DNA from: Alphaproteobacteria bacterium
GTDB taxonomy: Bacteria > Pseudomonadota > Alphaproteobacteria > RF32 > CAG-239
Assembly (NCBI GenBank): GCA_017465405.1
Contig: JAFTWG010000008.1
Coordinates: 13,304 to 77,303, forward strand
Reading direction: 5' to 3'
DNA: 64,000 bases
Both the position numbers and the translations under genes were made by a program. The notes beneath the pieces were generated by a model. It was not told the DNA's origin. It was given only the letters and a program-made list of their open reading frames with translations, and searched no databases. Positions 27,969 to 38,419 of this stretch are shown piece after piece. Each line of letters begins with the position of its first letter. Within the stretch, counting starts at the first letter, position 1.

Positions 27969-29025
27969 AGTGGATTGTAAAGATTTGAAATTATTTAAAA
28001 TTTCTGATATATTTGAAACAGAATATATAGGTAAACAGTTACAAGTACCAACAGGAGCATATGTATCTAAAAAAAATTTAACAGAAGGTAGTGTCCCAAG
28101 AATCACAGTAAGTGGAATGGATAATGGGGTTAGTGGATATTATGATTCTTGTGATAAAAATTATAGAGTTTTTGAAAATTTTATAAGTGTTTCTTTTTTG
28201 GGCACAATATTTTACCAAAAATCAAAAGCATCTTTGGATATGAAAGTACATTGTTTAAAACCTAAAAAAGTTATTTTAAATGATGAAATTGCTTTCTTTT
28301 TAGCAACAATTATAAAGAAAACAATAACAGACAGTAAATATTCAGACCAAATATCAAGTACTGTTTTGCCTGATATTGATATTTTATTACCTTCAATAAA
28401 GAATGAAGATACTTCATATGAACCTGATTGGGAATATATGGAAAAATATATTGATAATATTAAAAATACTGTTGAGCAAAAATTTCATAAAATAAAGCAA
28501 ATAAAAGAAGATAAAAATATAATCAACACTAAAGAATGGAAAGAATTTAAAATTGGAGAATTATTTCCTAAAATAGTAAAACCAGATGTCTTACATTCAA
28601 GAGAAATTATACAAGATGAGAATGGCATTCCTTATGTTGTAAGAAGTAAATTTAATAACGGAATAAAATGTTATGCTCAATACCAACCAAAAATGAGACC
28701 AAGTCCAAGTGGAACTATTAGTTTTGGAGCAGAAAATGCTACATTCTTCTACCAATCTCAAAAGTTTATATCAGGAAGAGACATTTATTATATTGATACA
28801 ACAAAATATTCTAAAAAAATATGTTTTTTTCTAATTTCTTGTCTAAAAACTTTATCTGACAAATATTCTTATAATTATGGAATGTTCCCAAATTTATTAA
28901 AAGAAGATATTATTAAACTTCCAATTGATAAAAATGGTAATCCAGATTGGGAATATATGGAAAACTATATTATGCAAATAGAAAAGAAAGCTAAAAACAT
29001 ATTAAAAATTTTATCAGTATTTTAA
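27958..29025 (+). CDS. Restriction-modification specificity (S) subunit, two target-recognition domains
   Basis: An internal duplication of the conserved spacer is present (EPDWEYMEKYIDNIK and NPDWEYMENYIMQIEKK), separating two variable domains. ATG codons at 27958/27961 follow AAGGGG and overlap the methylase stop. Confidence 0.75.
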   Translation: MMNKVDCKDLKLFKISDIFETEYIGKQLQVPTGAYVSKKNLTEGSVPRITVSGMDNGVSGYYDSCDKNYRVFENFISVSFLGTIFYQKSKASLDMKVHCLKPKKVILNDEIAFFLATIIKKTITDSKYSDQISSTVLPDIDILLPSIKNEDTSYEPDWEYMEKYIDNIKNTVEQKFHKIKQIKEDKNIINTKEWKEFKIGELFPKIVKPDVLHSREIIQDENGIPYVVRSKFNNGIKCYAQYQPKMRPSPSGTISFGAENATFFYQSQKFISGRDIYYIDTTKYSKKICFFLISCLKTLSDKYSYNYGMFPNLLKEDIIKLPIDKNGNPDWEYMENYIMQIEKKAKNILKILSVF

Positions 29026-29077
29026 TTTTATATTTCTATAAAAACAAATATTTCCGATGTTTTCCTCATAAACAAAA

Positions 29078-29107
29078 AACTTCTCTGTTTTGCAGAGAAG
29101 CTTTTTA
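29078..29107 (+). terminator. rho-independent terminator of the R-M pair
   Basis: The stem is CTTCTCTG / CAGAGAAG, followed by CTTTTT. Confidence 0.7.
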
Positions 29108-29109
29108 TA

Positions 29110-29187
29110 TGGGGCGGATGATCGGATTCGAACCGACGACACCCGGTACCACAAACCGGTGCTCTAACCAACTGAGCTACATCCGCC
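29110..29187 (-). tRNA. tRNA-His (anticodon GTG) with encoded G-1
   Basis: The acceptor is GCGGATG/CATCCGC, with an extra 5' G opposite discriminator C. The anticodon loop is TTGTGGT, the T-loop TTCGAAT, and CCA is encoded. Confidence 0.92.
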
Positions 29188-29238
29188 ATCGGCTGTATGA
29201 GTTTTTACAAAATATATTTCCTGCTGTCAAGTAAAATA

Positions 29239-31068
29239 TTAACGATGAAACAATTTATCTATATCTTTTAACTTTAACTCTACATAAGTTGGTCTACCGT
29301 GATTACATTGCCCGGAATTTGGAGTATTTTCCATTTCTCGCAATAATCGATTCATTTCTGCCAAATTCAAGCTTCGCCCTGCTCTTACCGAACCATGACA
29401 AGCCATGGTTGCACAAATGTGGTTTATTTTTTCTTCTAATGCAAAATCTTTGCCCCATTCTTGAATTTGTTCAGCCAAATTATGAATTAAAGTCTTGACA
29501 TCACAATCTCCGATAATTGCCGGAATTTCTCTTACAATTATCGCTGTTGAGCCAAACTCTTCAACAATCAAACCTAATCCGGCCATTTGTTCGGCATTTT
29601 CAAGTAACGCATTTTTTTCGGATAAACTTAAATCTACAACTTCAGGAATTAGAAGCATCTGCGTTTGAGTTTTATCTTTCGTCGCTAATGCTGATTTAAA
29701 TTTTTCCATAACAATACGCTCATGTGCGGCATGTTGGTCAACAATAACTATACTGTCTTCAGTTTGAGAAATTATATAGGTATTGTGGAACTGAGCTTTT
29801 GCCTGCCCTAATACACCGACATCATTTTCTGATATATCTGCAACTTCTTCAGTTTTAACCGAAAATATATTATTCATTTCCGGAATAATGTTACTGTCAA
29901 TTTTTCTTCTTATCGGTGCTGTCGGTCGATATAATGAATGAGATTGTGGCAAAGAACAATCAACTCTCACATTTTCTCTCAAAAACATAGTATTTTCCTT
30001 TGGAAAATCTGCGTTTTTAATATCTTTTTCTATTATCTTATCCCAATCGGTTAATTGAGCGGTTTCCATACTGCCTTTTGAAATAGCATTACGAACGGCA
30101 CTGATTAACAATCCTCTTACAGCATTATTATCATAAAAACGAACTTCTGCTTTTGTCGGATGAACATTAACATCAACCAAGTCGGGACTAATATCAAAGA
30201 ATAAGGCACAAACCGGATATCTGCCTATTTCTAAAACTCCCTGATATGCTGCTTTTAATGCCCCTAATAAAGTCTTATCTCTGACCGGACGATTATTTAC
30301 AAACAAATATTGCGACAATGAATTGGCTTTACTATATGTCGGCAAACTGACAAAACCACTGATTGTTAACTCGTCTTTTTGTGCATCAATTAACAGTGAA
30401 TTTTCACCAAACTCACGCCCCATAACATCGCTGATTCGTTTAAGTCTGGCATCGAACAACTCCCCTTGACACGAATTCAAAGCAATACGCTTTTTCTTAT
30501 CATCATATAAATAAAAAGAAATAGTGGGATTAGCCAAAGCAATTCTGTTTATAATATCAACACATTGAGCTGTTTCACTGGCTCCGGTTTTCAAAAACTT
30601 CAAACGAGCCGGAGTTGCATAAAACAAATCTCTTACTTCTACCGTAGTTCCCTTGTTTGCCGCCACCGGTACCGGGGATTTAACTTCTCCGCCTAATACT
30701 TCAATTTTCCACGCATTTTCAGAATCTGCAGTTCTTGATGTGATAGATAATTTAGCTACTGAAGCTATCGAAGGCAAAGCTTCGCCTCTAAAACCCAGAA
30801 AGTTGATATGAAATAAATCATCATCGGGCAATTTTGATGTTGCGTGTCTTTCTATTGCTAACATCAAATCATTTTCGTTCATTCCTTTTCCGTTATCGGA
30901 TATAGAAATAAGACTTTTACCGCCATCGACCAGAGTAACTTCAACAGAAGTCGCTCCGGCATCAATGGCGTTTTCTACCAATTCCTTTACAACCGATGCC
31001 GGACGTTCGATAACTTCACCGGCGGCAATTTGATTTACCAGATTATTCGGTAGAATTCTTATTCCCAT
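29239..31068 (-). CDS. mutL: DNA mismatch repair protein MutL
   Basis: The GHKL ATPase N-terminus is present (QIAAGEVIERPASVVKELVENAIDAG, DNGKGM), plus a C-terminal dimerisation domain. Confidence 0.95.
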   Translation of the reverse strand: MGIRILPNNLVNQIAAGEVIERPASVVKELVENAIDAGATSVEVTLVDGGKSLISISDNGKGMNENDLMLAIERHATSKLPDDDLFHINFLGFRGEALPSIASVAKLSITSRTADSENAWKIEVLGGEVKSPVPVAANKGTTVEVRDLFYATPARLKFLKTGASETAQCVDIINRIALANPTISFYLYDDKKKRIALNSCQGELFDARLKRISDVMGREFGENSLLIDAQKDELTISGFVSLPTYSKANSLSQYLFVNNRPVRDKTLLGALKAAYQGVLEIGRYPVCALFFDISPDLVDVNVHPTKAEVRFYDNNAVRGLLISAVRNAISKGSMETAQLTDWDKIIEKDIKNADFPKENTMFLRENVRVDCSLPQSHSLYRPTAPIRRKIDSNIIPEMNNIFSVKTEEVADISENDVGVLGQAKAQFHNTYIISQTEDSIVIVDQHAAHERIVMEKFKSALATKDKTQTQMLLIPEVVDLSLSEKNALLENAEQMAGLGLIVEEFGSTAIIVREIPAIIGDCDVKTLIHNLAEQIQEWGKDFALEEKINHICATMACHGSVRAGRSLNLAEMNRLLREMENTPNSGQCNHGRPTYVELKLKDIDKLFHR

Positions 31069-31076
31069 AATATCTC

Positions 31077-32717
31077 CTATTTACGGATTTTCTTTATCAA
31101 ACTAATCAAATTAGAAGTTGAACTATCATGCTTGTTATAAGCATTTCCTTGCAATTCGGGAAGAATACTCAAAGCCATTTGTTTTCCGAGTTCTACACCC
31201 ATTTGATCAAAAGAATCAATATTCCAGATAATACCCTGAACAAACACTTTATGTTCATACATGGCAACCAGCATACCTAAAGTATACGGGTCAACTTTTT
31301 TAACAACAATAGTATTTGTAGGTCTGTTTCCCGGAAAACTCTTATAACGTTTCAAAGCTTTTACTTCATCGGCATTCTTACCTGATTTAGCAAGTTCTTC
31401 TGCTGCCTCTTCAACCGTTTTACCTCTCATCATAGCTTCGCCTTGAGCTAAAGCGTTTGCAACTAAAATTTCGTGATGTTCACCAATTTCATTATGCGAA
31501 ATAGCCGGAACAATAAAATCTAAAGGAACAATGTTGGTTCCTTGGTGCAACAGTTGGAAAAACGAATGCTGAACATCTGTTCCCGCACCACCGAAAATAA
31601 TCGGACCGGTAGAATATTTGATAAATTTATTATCAATATCAACCGATTTACCATTACTTTCCATATCTAATTGTTGCAAATATTTCGGCAAGAAACGTAA
31701 ATCCTGATCATAAGGAATAACGCCATATTCTTTGAAACCAAAGAAATTATTATACCATATACCGAGCAAAGCCATGATAACCGGAATATTTTTTTCAAAT
31801 TCAGTATTTCTGAAGTGTAAATCCATGGCATTTGCACCCTCGAGCATTTTTTCGAAGTTTTCCATGCCAACCATCAACGCAATTGAAATTCCGACAGCTG
31901 ACCACATAGAATATCTGCCACCGACAAAGTTCCAAAAACCGAACATATTATCAGTGTTGATACCAAATTTAGAAACTTCAGTCGCATTTGTGGAAACCGC
32001 AATAAAATGTTTGGCAACTGCATGTTCTCCTAACGCATCAATCAACCATTTGCGACAGGTGCGAGCATTGGTTAATGTTTCGATAGTGGTAAAAGTTTTT
32101 GAAACAACAACAAACAATGTTGTTTCGGGGTCAACAGAGCTCAAAACATCTTCACAAGCAGAACCGTCAATATTGGAAATAAAGTAGCAATTCATGTCTT
32201 TTGCCCAATATTCTTTTAATGCGGTGGTTGCCATATAAGGTCCTAAATCAGAACCACCGATACCGATATTTACGATATTTGTAAGCTTTTTGCCGGTAGC
32301 TCCCTTAAATTCACCAAAACGAACCGCATCAGTAAACTTTTTAACTTTTGCCAATACTTCATTAATCTCGGGCATAACGTCTTTGTTATCAACATATATC
32401 GGCGTATTTTGGCGATTACGCAAAGCTACATGTAAAACTGCTCTATTTTCTGTTATATTGATTTTTTCACCGGAAAACATTGCTTCAATTTTTTCTTTTA
32501 AATTAACTTCTTTAGCCAAATCCAAAAGATAGCGCATAGATTTTTCATCTATTCTGTTTTTAGAATAGTCAAAATACAAATTTTCCAAATTAAGAGTATA
32601 TTTGCTGGCTCTGTCTTTATCTTTGGCAAACAAATCCTTCATTTCATCGTTTTTGTGCCAACGATAATAAGAAGTAAGTTTTTTCCAAGCAGAAGTTTTG
32701 TTAACCGGTTTATTCAT
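31077..32717 (-). CDS. pgi: Glucose-6-phosphate isomerase
   Basis: GIGGSDLGP and the LDMESNGK context are present over a full-length PGI-like sequence. Confidence 0.93.
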   Translation of the reverse strand: MNKPVNKTSAWKKLTSYYRWHKNDEMKDLFAKDKDRASKYTLNLENLYFDYSKNRIDEKSMRYLLDLAKEVNLKEKIEAMFSGEKINITENRAVLHVALRNRQNTPIYVDNKDVMPEINEVLAKVKKFTDAVRFGEFKGATGKKLTNIVNIGIGGSDLGPYMATTALKEYWAKDMNCYFISNIDGSACEDVLSSVDPETTLFVVVSKTFTTIETLTNARTCRKWLIDALGEHAVAKHFIAVSTNATEVSKFGINTDNMFGFWNFVGGRYSMWSAVGISIALMVGMENFEKMLEGANAMDLHFRNTEFEKNIPVIMALLGIWYNNFFGFKEYGVIPYDQDLRFLPKYLQQLDMESNGKSVDIDNKFIKYSTGPIIFGGAGTDVQHSFFQLLHQGTNIVPLDFIVPAISHNEIGEHHEILVANALAQGEAMMRGKTVEEAAEELAKSGKNADEVKALKRYKSFPGNRPTNTIVVKKVDPYTLGMLVAMYEHKVFVQGIIWNIDSFDQMGVELGKQMALSILPELQGNAYNKHDSSTSNLISLIKKIRK

Positions 32718-32731
32718 ATTCAGTTCCTTTC

Positions 32732-34126
32732 TTATTTTGTTTTGCCCAAATTAATCATAATTAATTTTTCAGGCGAAAAATATTTTTTAGCAACAAGATT
32801 AACTCGTTCTAAAGTAACATTTTCAATGTATTGATTGCGTTTTTGTAAAAAATCAATTCCTAAATTTTCGTTTTGCATTTGTGCCAAAATTGCAGAAAAT
32901 ACCGTTATATCGGCAAAACGCAAATTATATGAGCTTTGTAAATAATTTTTAGCTAAACGAAGCTCTTTTTCGCTAATTCCTTCCGTTCCCATTTTTTGCC
33001 ATTCGGCAATAAAAATATCTTTCATTTTTGATAAATTTTCGGGAGTTGTTGAAAATCCCCCTTGAATTAACGGACAAGCATTTAACAAAGACAATCCGGT
33101 ATATGCACCATAAGTAAGTCCTTCTTCTTCTCTGGCAGATTTATTTATACGAGAATTTAACCCTGCTCCGCCAAATATGTAGTTTGCAATATACAACGGA
33201 TAAAAGTCTTTATTTTGCCTTGCAACACTCGGAGCCGTAACCGAAGTGATTACTTGCGGCAAATGCTCTTCATAAATATCCTTATTGGAATTTGAATAGT
33301 CAATTTCAGGATTTTGTATTTCTTTAATATCGTTTCCGGCAGGTAATTTAGCAAAAATATCATCTATAATTTTAGTAGCTTCATTTTCGCTGACATCACC
33401 GACAATACCTATGTGAAGCGAATTTCTGGTTAAATTATTTTTTACATAATCTAATAAATCACTTTTTTTCAAAGAACTGACATCTTTTTTAGTACCAATG
33501 GTCAAATATGAATACGGATGTTTTCCAAACAATAATTTTCGCTGAACTTCGTCCAATCTGGCCGCCGGTTTTTCTTGCAAATAATCTATCGTTTGTAATA
33601 TTTCTTTTTTCAACCTTTCTATATCAGAATTGTCAAATCGAGGAGCAGACATCACATCTTGCAAAAGTTTTACGGCTTCCGGTAAATTCTCTTTTGTTGT
33701 TAACATTTCTCCGGAAAAATCATCTTTTTCGGCTTGAAAACTTATAGAAACCGCAAGATTTGCCAGTTTTTCCTTGAACTCTTTGCTATCTAATTTTCCC
33801 GAACCTTCAACCAACATTCCGGCGACCAGATTTGCAATTCCTTTTTTCCCTTGTTTGTCGTATGCCGAACCTCGGTTAGCAAAGATAAAATTCATACTAA
33901 CAATCGGATTAGTATTATCAGAAACCAAATAGGCTTTTATTTTACTTTCCGGAGCAATAATTTCCCTAACTTCGGCACTAAATTCGCTCTTTAATTCTGT
34001 CTGCTCAACAATTTCTTGCGGATTAAATTTTGTATAATAAACAAAAAATGCAGCAACAACCGCAACTATAGACAACCATAGCCATTTTTTGTTTCGTTTT
34101 CTAACTGAATAAGGCTTACGGCTCAT
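32732..34126 (-). CDS. M16-family peptidase subunit lacking the HxxEH motif (probably non-catalytic partner)
   Basis: It has an N-terminal TM anchor and M16-like length and fold segments, but I saw no HxxEH. It overlaps the upstream M16 gene by 4 nt. Confidence 0.7.
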   Translation of the reverse strand: MSRKPYSVRKRNKKWLWLSIVAVVAAFFVYYTKFNPQEIVEQTELKSEFSAEVREIIAPESKIKAYLVSDNTNPIVSMNFIFANRGSAYDKQGKKGIANLVAGMLVEGSGKLDSKEFKEKLANLAVSISFQAEKDDFSGEMLTTKENLPEAVKLLQDVMSAPRFDNSDIERLKKEILQTIDYLQEKPAARLDEVQRKLLFGKHPYSYLTIGTKKDVSSLKKSDLLDYVKNNLTRNSLHIGIVGDVSENEATKIIDDIFAKLPAGNDIKEIQNPEIDYSNSNKDIYEEHLPQVITSVTAPSVARQNKDFYPLYIANYIFGGAGLNSRINKSAREEEGLTYGAYTGLSLLNACPLIQGGFSTTPENLSKMKDIFIAEWQKMGTEGISEKELRLAKNYLQSSYNLRFADITVFSAILAQMQNENLGIDFLQKRNQYIENVTLERVNLVAKKYFSPEKLIMINLGKTK

Positions 34127-35457
34127 TTTTTATCTCCTTTTTTAACCAAAGGTTCCGCAATAGCTTCAACATAAGATGATTGCAACAAATCGGCAGCGGC
34201 CTTTTTTACTTCTGACAATTTTACGTTTTTTATGTTTTCGGCAAAATTATCCACTTCTTCCGCACTCATTCCCGAACCTATCATATTGGCCACAACACCT
34301 ACTGCGTCTGCAGGATTATCTTTGGCATAAACAAGTCCTGCCAATATTTTGTTTTTAGTGTTTTTTAGTTTGTCTTCATCAAATTTTTTGATAGCGACAG
34401 AAACAGCTTCCGCAAAATCTTCTTTCACATTATCAACTTTGTTTTCTGCCGTAGGAATAAAAGAAAAAGTAAAACTTCCGCTTCCGTAAGAAGTGGCATC
34501 GTATGAAGTAGAAACGGCAGTAGCAACATTATCTTCAACAACCAATTTATTATGCAAATATGATGTTTCGTCTTCGCCTAAATATTTTGACAATATCATA
34601 TAAGCATAAATAACTTTTTTATCACTTAAATAGTTGGGTGCTTTATATTTACGAAGCCAACGAGATATTTCTATTTTGGGAAGTTGCATACGAATATTGA
34701 TGATATTTTTAGTATCCAAAATCTCCGGCTGACGATCGTTAACAATGTTTTTTGCCGGAATTTGACCATAATATTTTTCGGCCAATTCATAAGCTTTTTC
34801 CGGTTTTATATCTCCGGCAATAATCAAAATTGCATTATCCGGAGAATAAAAACGATTGTAAATGTCATACACATCTTTTTTAGTCAGACTCAAGATTTCT
34901 TCTTCTGTTCCCGTAATCGGACGGCTATAAGGATGGTCTTGCCAAAAAGCTCGTTGAACTGCTTCATTAAACTTATATAACGGATTGTTTTCAACCACTT
35001 GTTTACGTTCTTGATAAACAATTTTTTGTTCTTTTTCAAAAGCTTCGTCGCTTATCTTTAAGTTTTGCATACGGTCAGATTCAAGAAACATTGCAAGTTC
35101 TAAACGACTTATATCAACAAACTGATGATATGCTGTAAAATTTTGTGAGGTATAGGCATTGCTGGAAGCTCCGTTTTCTTCCATAATCTTGTTAAAGTCG
35201 TCGCCTTTTATTTTTTTTGTTCCACGAAACATTAAATGTTCCAAAAGATGTGCAGAACCGCCCTTTCCCGCTCTTTCATCAGAAGCACCGACCTTATATA
35301 GAACCATGTGCTTTGCTATCGGAACCTTATGATTTGGTACAACAATTAACTTCAATCCGTTATTTAGTATGTATTCTTTCAGACCGAACAATTCCGCCTT
35401 TGCCGAGAAAGACATAAGCAAACAAAAACCAAAAAATAAAACTCCGATTTTTTTCAA
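34123..35457 (-). CDS. M16-family zinc peptidase (catalytic, HxxEH)
   Basis: GSAHLLEHLMFRGT carries the inverted zinc motif. I place the start at TTG 35457, 7 nt after AGGAG, which gives signal peptide KKIGVLFFGFCLLMSFSAKA. The longer track ORF would overlap the upstream gene. Confidence 0.82.
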   Translation of the reverse strand: MKKIGVLFFGFCLLMSFSAKAELFGLKEYILNNGLKLIVVPNHKVPIAKHMVLYKVGASDERAGKGGSAHLLEHLMFRGTKKIKGDDFNKIMEENGASSNAYTSQNFTAYHQFVDISRLELAMFLESDRMQNLKISDEAFEKEQKIVYQERKQVVENNPLYKFNEAVQRAFWQDHPYSRPITGTEEEILSLTKKDVYDIYNRFYSPDNAILIIAGDIKPEKAYELAEKYYGQIPAKNIVNDRQPEILDTKNIINIRMQLPKIEISRWLRKYKAPNYLSDKKVIYAYMILSKYLGEDETSYLHNKLVVEDNVATAVSTSYDATSYGSGSFTFSFIPTAENKVDNVKEDFAEAVSVAIKKFDEDKLKNTKNKILAGLVYAKDNPADAVGVVANMIGSGMSAEEVDNFAENIKNVKLSEVKKAAADLLQSSYVEAIAEPLVKKGDKK

Positions 35458-35461
35458 AATA

Positions 35462-35656
35462 TTACTCCTGTTCTGTTTTGCTTTGAGCCATAGGAACAAC
35501 CGGACGCAAATTAAAGTTAGGAGGCAAAACCAATTCTTCTTTCGCTGTTGCCTGACTTGCATCGGGAGTTTTCTTTTCTAATCCCAAGTCTTTTTTACTC
35601 ATTCCGCAAGCGGTTGCAAGCATTGCAAAAGCAATTATAAACAAAATTTTTTTCAT
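35462..35656 (-). CDS. Small lipoprotein (hypothetical)
   Basis: Signal peptide with lipobox (MLATAC). At 64 aa it is translationally coupled to lspA (ATGA overlap). Confidence 0.6.
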   Translation of the reverse strand: MKKILFIIAFAMLATACGMSKKDLGLEKKTPDASQATAKEELVLPPNFNLRPVVPMAQSKTEQE

Positions 35657-36129
35657 TTTTTATCAACTCCTTTTTTATTAAAAAACAGACCGTCAATCAA
35701 AATTATTATCGCACCGACACAAATTGCACTGTCTGCTAAATTAAATGCCGGCCAATGATGTCCGAACAAATGAAAATCCAAAAAATCAAAAACGGCACCA
35801 ATTCTTATTCTGTCAATAACATTGCCTAGTGCTCCGCCGATAATCAATCCCAGAGCAATTTGTAACATACGAGATTGTTCTTTTTTAAGCCACCATAAAA
35901 GCCCGACAACAACCGATATGGCGATTGTCGATAAAACAATGACACCGATTGCACCGCTGTCACTGAACATTGAAAAACTTACACCGGTATTCCAAGCGTT
36001 AACAATATTAAAAAACGGGGTGATTTCAATATTTCTGTATGTTTCGAGAACATGCTCCAGAATCCAGTATTTTGACAACTGGTCTAAAACTATTACTGCA
36101 AATGCAATACTAAGGCCTATAAGCATCAT
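35653..36129 (-). CDS. lspA: Lipoprotein signal peptidase (signal peptidase II)
   Basis: NTGVSFS, GGALGNVIDR and FDFLDF segments are present, with four TM helices. Confidence 0.9.
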   Translation of the reverse strand: MMLIGLSIAFAVIVLDQLSKYWILEHVLETYRNIEITPFFNIVNAWNTGVSFSMFSDSGAIGVIVLSTIAISVVVGLLWWLKKEQSRMLQIALGLIIGGALGNVIDRIRIGAVFDFLDFHLFGHHWPAFNLADSAICVGAIIILIDGLFFNKKGVDKK

Positions 36130-36213
36130 ATACTCCTTGCTTTTTTCAACGCCATTATATGATTTTTTGTTTTTGATAAAAGCTTAAAATACAACATATA
36201 CAAAGAAAATTTA

Positions 36214-36765
36214 TTATTTTTCGCAAATTTTGTAACTTAACTTGATATTATTATCTAAATCTTTCCACAAAAATTCGCCATTTTCAAAAATTATATATCC
36301 GTGCCAAGAATCATTTTTAGGTAAAGATAACGAACCGGGGTTTATATATGTATATGTCTCATGCTCTACACAAGCCGGAATATGAGTATGTCCGTTTATC
36401 AAAATATCTCCCTTGTAGAGCGGAGGAAGGTTGTTTTCGTTATAAATATGTCCATGTGAGGCAAATATAGAAACGCCGTTTTCCGCCAAAATGGTATAAT
36501 CTGCCATAATCGGAAATTCTAACACCATCTGATCAACTTCAGCATCACAATTTCCACGCACGCAAACAATCTGTTCTTTCATTGAATTCAGCATATCAAC
36601 AACATCTTTAGGACTATATTCATAAGTTAAGTCATTACGAGGTCCATGATATAAAATATCGCCTAATAACAATAATCTGTCAGCATTTTCTCTTTTATAA
36701 GCTTCTAACAGTTTGCGGCAATAATAGGCTGAGCCGTGAATATCCGAAGCAATAATCCATTTCAT
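36214..36765 (-). CDS. yfcE: YfcE-type metallophosphoesterase (phosphodiesterase)
   Basis: The calcineurin-like motif series is present: SDIHGS, LLGDILYHGPRN, GNCD, SHGH and NGHTH. Confidence 0.8.
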   Translation of the reverse strand: MKWIIASDIHGSAYYCRKLLEAYKRENADRLLLLGDILYHGPRNDLTYEYSPKDVVDMLNSMKEQIVCVRGNCDAEVDQMVLEFPIMADYTILAENGVSIFASHGHIYNENNLPPLYKGDILINGHTHIPACVEHETYTYINPGSLSLPKNDSWHGYIIFENGEFLWKDLDNNIKLSYKICEK

Positions 36766-36777
36766 TTGAAAAAAATC

Positions 36778-38205
36778 CTAAAACAAAAGAAGTTTAGCCA
36801 ATCCTAAAAATATAAAATATCCGCCGGTATCGGTACAAGCAAACAAAAGTACCCCCGAAGAAATAGCCGGATCAACTTTGCATTTGTTCAAAGTTAAAGG
36901 AATTAAGATTCCGGCCAAACTTGCTACCACTAAATTGCAAAGCATTGCTAAGGCTATTATATAACTTAACATAACTTGTTCAGGTCGCCAAAAATATACC
37001 GCTAAACCGATAAGAAAAGCAAATAATGTTCCGTTGCAAAGTCCAACCATAAATTCTTTGCCAATCATTCGCAAAGTATTGCTTGAGGTTAACTCTTTAG
37101 TTGCTAAAGAACGCACTACAACCGCTAAAGTTTGTTGTCCCGTCGTTCCTCCCATAGAAGCTACTATCGGCATTAGTACCGCCAAAACAGATAGTTGAGC
37201 AATCATATCCTGAAAACCGCCAACAACCGAAGCTGCAATCATAGTTACAAACAAATTAGTAACTAACCACACCGAACGAGATTTGAAAATGTCAAAAACC
37301 GAACGATAAACATCATTTGATTCGGCACCGGCAATCGCCATCATATCTTCACTGGCTTCTTCGTGAACAATTTCAACCACATCATCAATATTAATAACAC
37401 CGATAAGTCGTCCTTTTGTATCAACTACCATAGCTGACATCCAACCATATTCTCTAAACATGTGAGCGACTTCTTCTTGGTCGGTATGAACGTCGACCGG
37501 AACGATTTCACCGTTCATAACCACATTTAATTTCAAATCTGGCTTTGCTCTAAGCAATTTGTCCAATGTAATTTCACCGGTAGGACGCAAAGTTTTTTCA
37601 TCAACCAAAAACACAGTATAGAACTCATCGGGCAATTCATCACTTGTAAGCAAAAACTGTCTGGCTTCTTTTACGGTCCAACTGTCCGGCATACTCACAA
37701 ATTCGCGAGACATAATACGACCGGCCGAGTCTTCGGGATAGTTCAATGAAGATTGAACCTGATATTTCAATTCCGGATTTAAGTGTTGAATAATTTGGTC
37801 TTGTTCTTCATCATCCATATTTTCAAGAACTTCAACCGCATCGTCCGAATCCAACTCGTTAACGATTTTGACAATCTGATTTTCGTCGAGACTGTCTAAC
37901 ACTTGTTCTTGAACAACTTCGTTTAATTCCGGAATTACCGCAGGGTCAATTTTATCACCGATAATACTGACCAATTTGCGACGATGACTGATATCCAAAA
38001 TTTCAATCAAACGAGCTAAATCATATTCATCAAGACCGGCAACAATCTTTTTTACGTGAATATCATCATCTTCGTTCAATCCGATAACAATCGAATTAAC
38101 AAATTTTGGTCCTAAACCTAAATATGTTTGCTGATTTATGTGTTTTTTAGAGTTGCCGAATTTCTTTTTAGCTAAAGGTGTACGTTTCTTGGATTTCTTT
38201 TTCAT
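36778..38205 (-). CDS. mgtE: Magnesium transporter MgtE
   Basis: An MgtE N-domain and a CBS pair are followed by a C-terminal 5-TM channel domain with MGGTTGQQ. Confidence 0.9.
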   Translation of the reverse strand: MKKKSKKRTPLAKKKFGNSKKHINQQTYLGLGPKFVNSIVIGLNEDDDIHVKKIVAGLDEYDLARLIEILDISHRRKLVSIIGDKIDPAVIPELNEVVQEQVLDSLDENQIVKIVNELDSDDAVEVLENMDDEEQDQIIQHLNPELKYQVQSSLNYPEDSAGRIMSREFVSMPDSWTVKEARQFLLTSDELPDEFYTVFLVDEKTLRPTGEITLDKLLRAKPDLKLNVVMNGEIVPVDVHTDQEEVAHMFREYGWMSAMVVDTKGRLIGVINIDDVVEIVHEEASEDMMAIAGAESNDVYRSVFDIFKSRSVWLVTNLFVTMIAASVVGGFQDMIAQLSVLAVLMPIVASMGGTTGQQTLAVVVRSLATKELTSSNTLRMIGKEFMVGLCNGTLFAFLIGLAVYFWRPEQVMLSYIIALAMLCNLVVASLAGILIPLTLNKCKVDPAISSGVLLFACTDTGGYFIFLGLAKLLLF

Positions 38206-38271
38206 TTAACCCCCTCCGCTAAAAAAAGATATTACATTGCTATATGGCAAACCTCATAGAATTTTAGAACT

Positions 38272-38357
38272 TGGTGCGGCTGAGAAGACTTGAACTTCCA
38301 AGAGCTTAGCTCATAACGACCTCAACGTTACGCGTTTACCAATTTCGCCACAGCCGC
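38272..38357 (-). tRNA. tRNA-Leu (anticodon GAG)
   Basis: The acceptor is GCGGCTG/CAGCCGC and the anticodon loop TTGAGGT. A long variable arm is present and CCA is encoded. Confidence 0.9.
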
Positions 38358-38419
38358 ACAATTATCATTTAGACAGACTTGATTTACCCCAGTTTAAAAA
38401 AATAATCAAGCTTTTTTTA

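Noticed and set aside
25790-29109. Classical integrase-mediated genomic island at the 3' end of tRNA-His
   Set aside because: No integrase gene is present. I found no direct repeat of the tRNA-His 3' end (TGGGGCGGATGATCGGATTCGAACC) at the far side of the cassette.
35458-35581. Long N-terminal extension of the M16 peptidase ORF and the plus-strand 70-aa ORF here
   Set aside because: The extension overlaps the upstream lipoprotein gene. A TTG with a good AGGAG lies at 35457 and yields a proper signal peptide. The plus-strand ORF is antisense low complexity.
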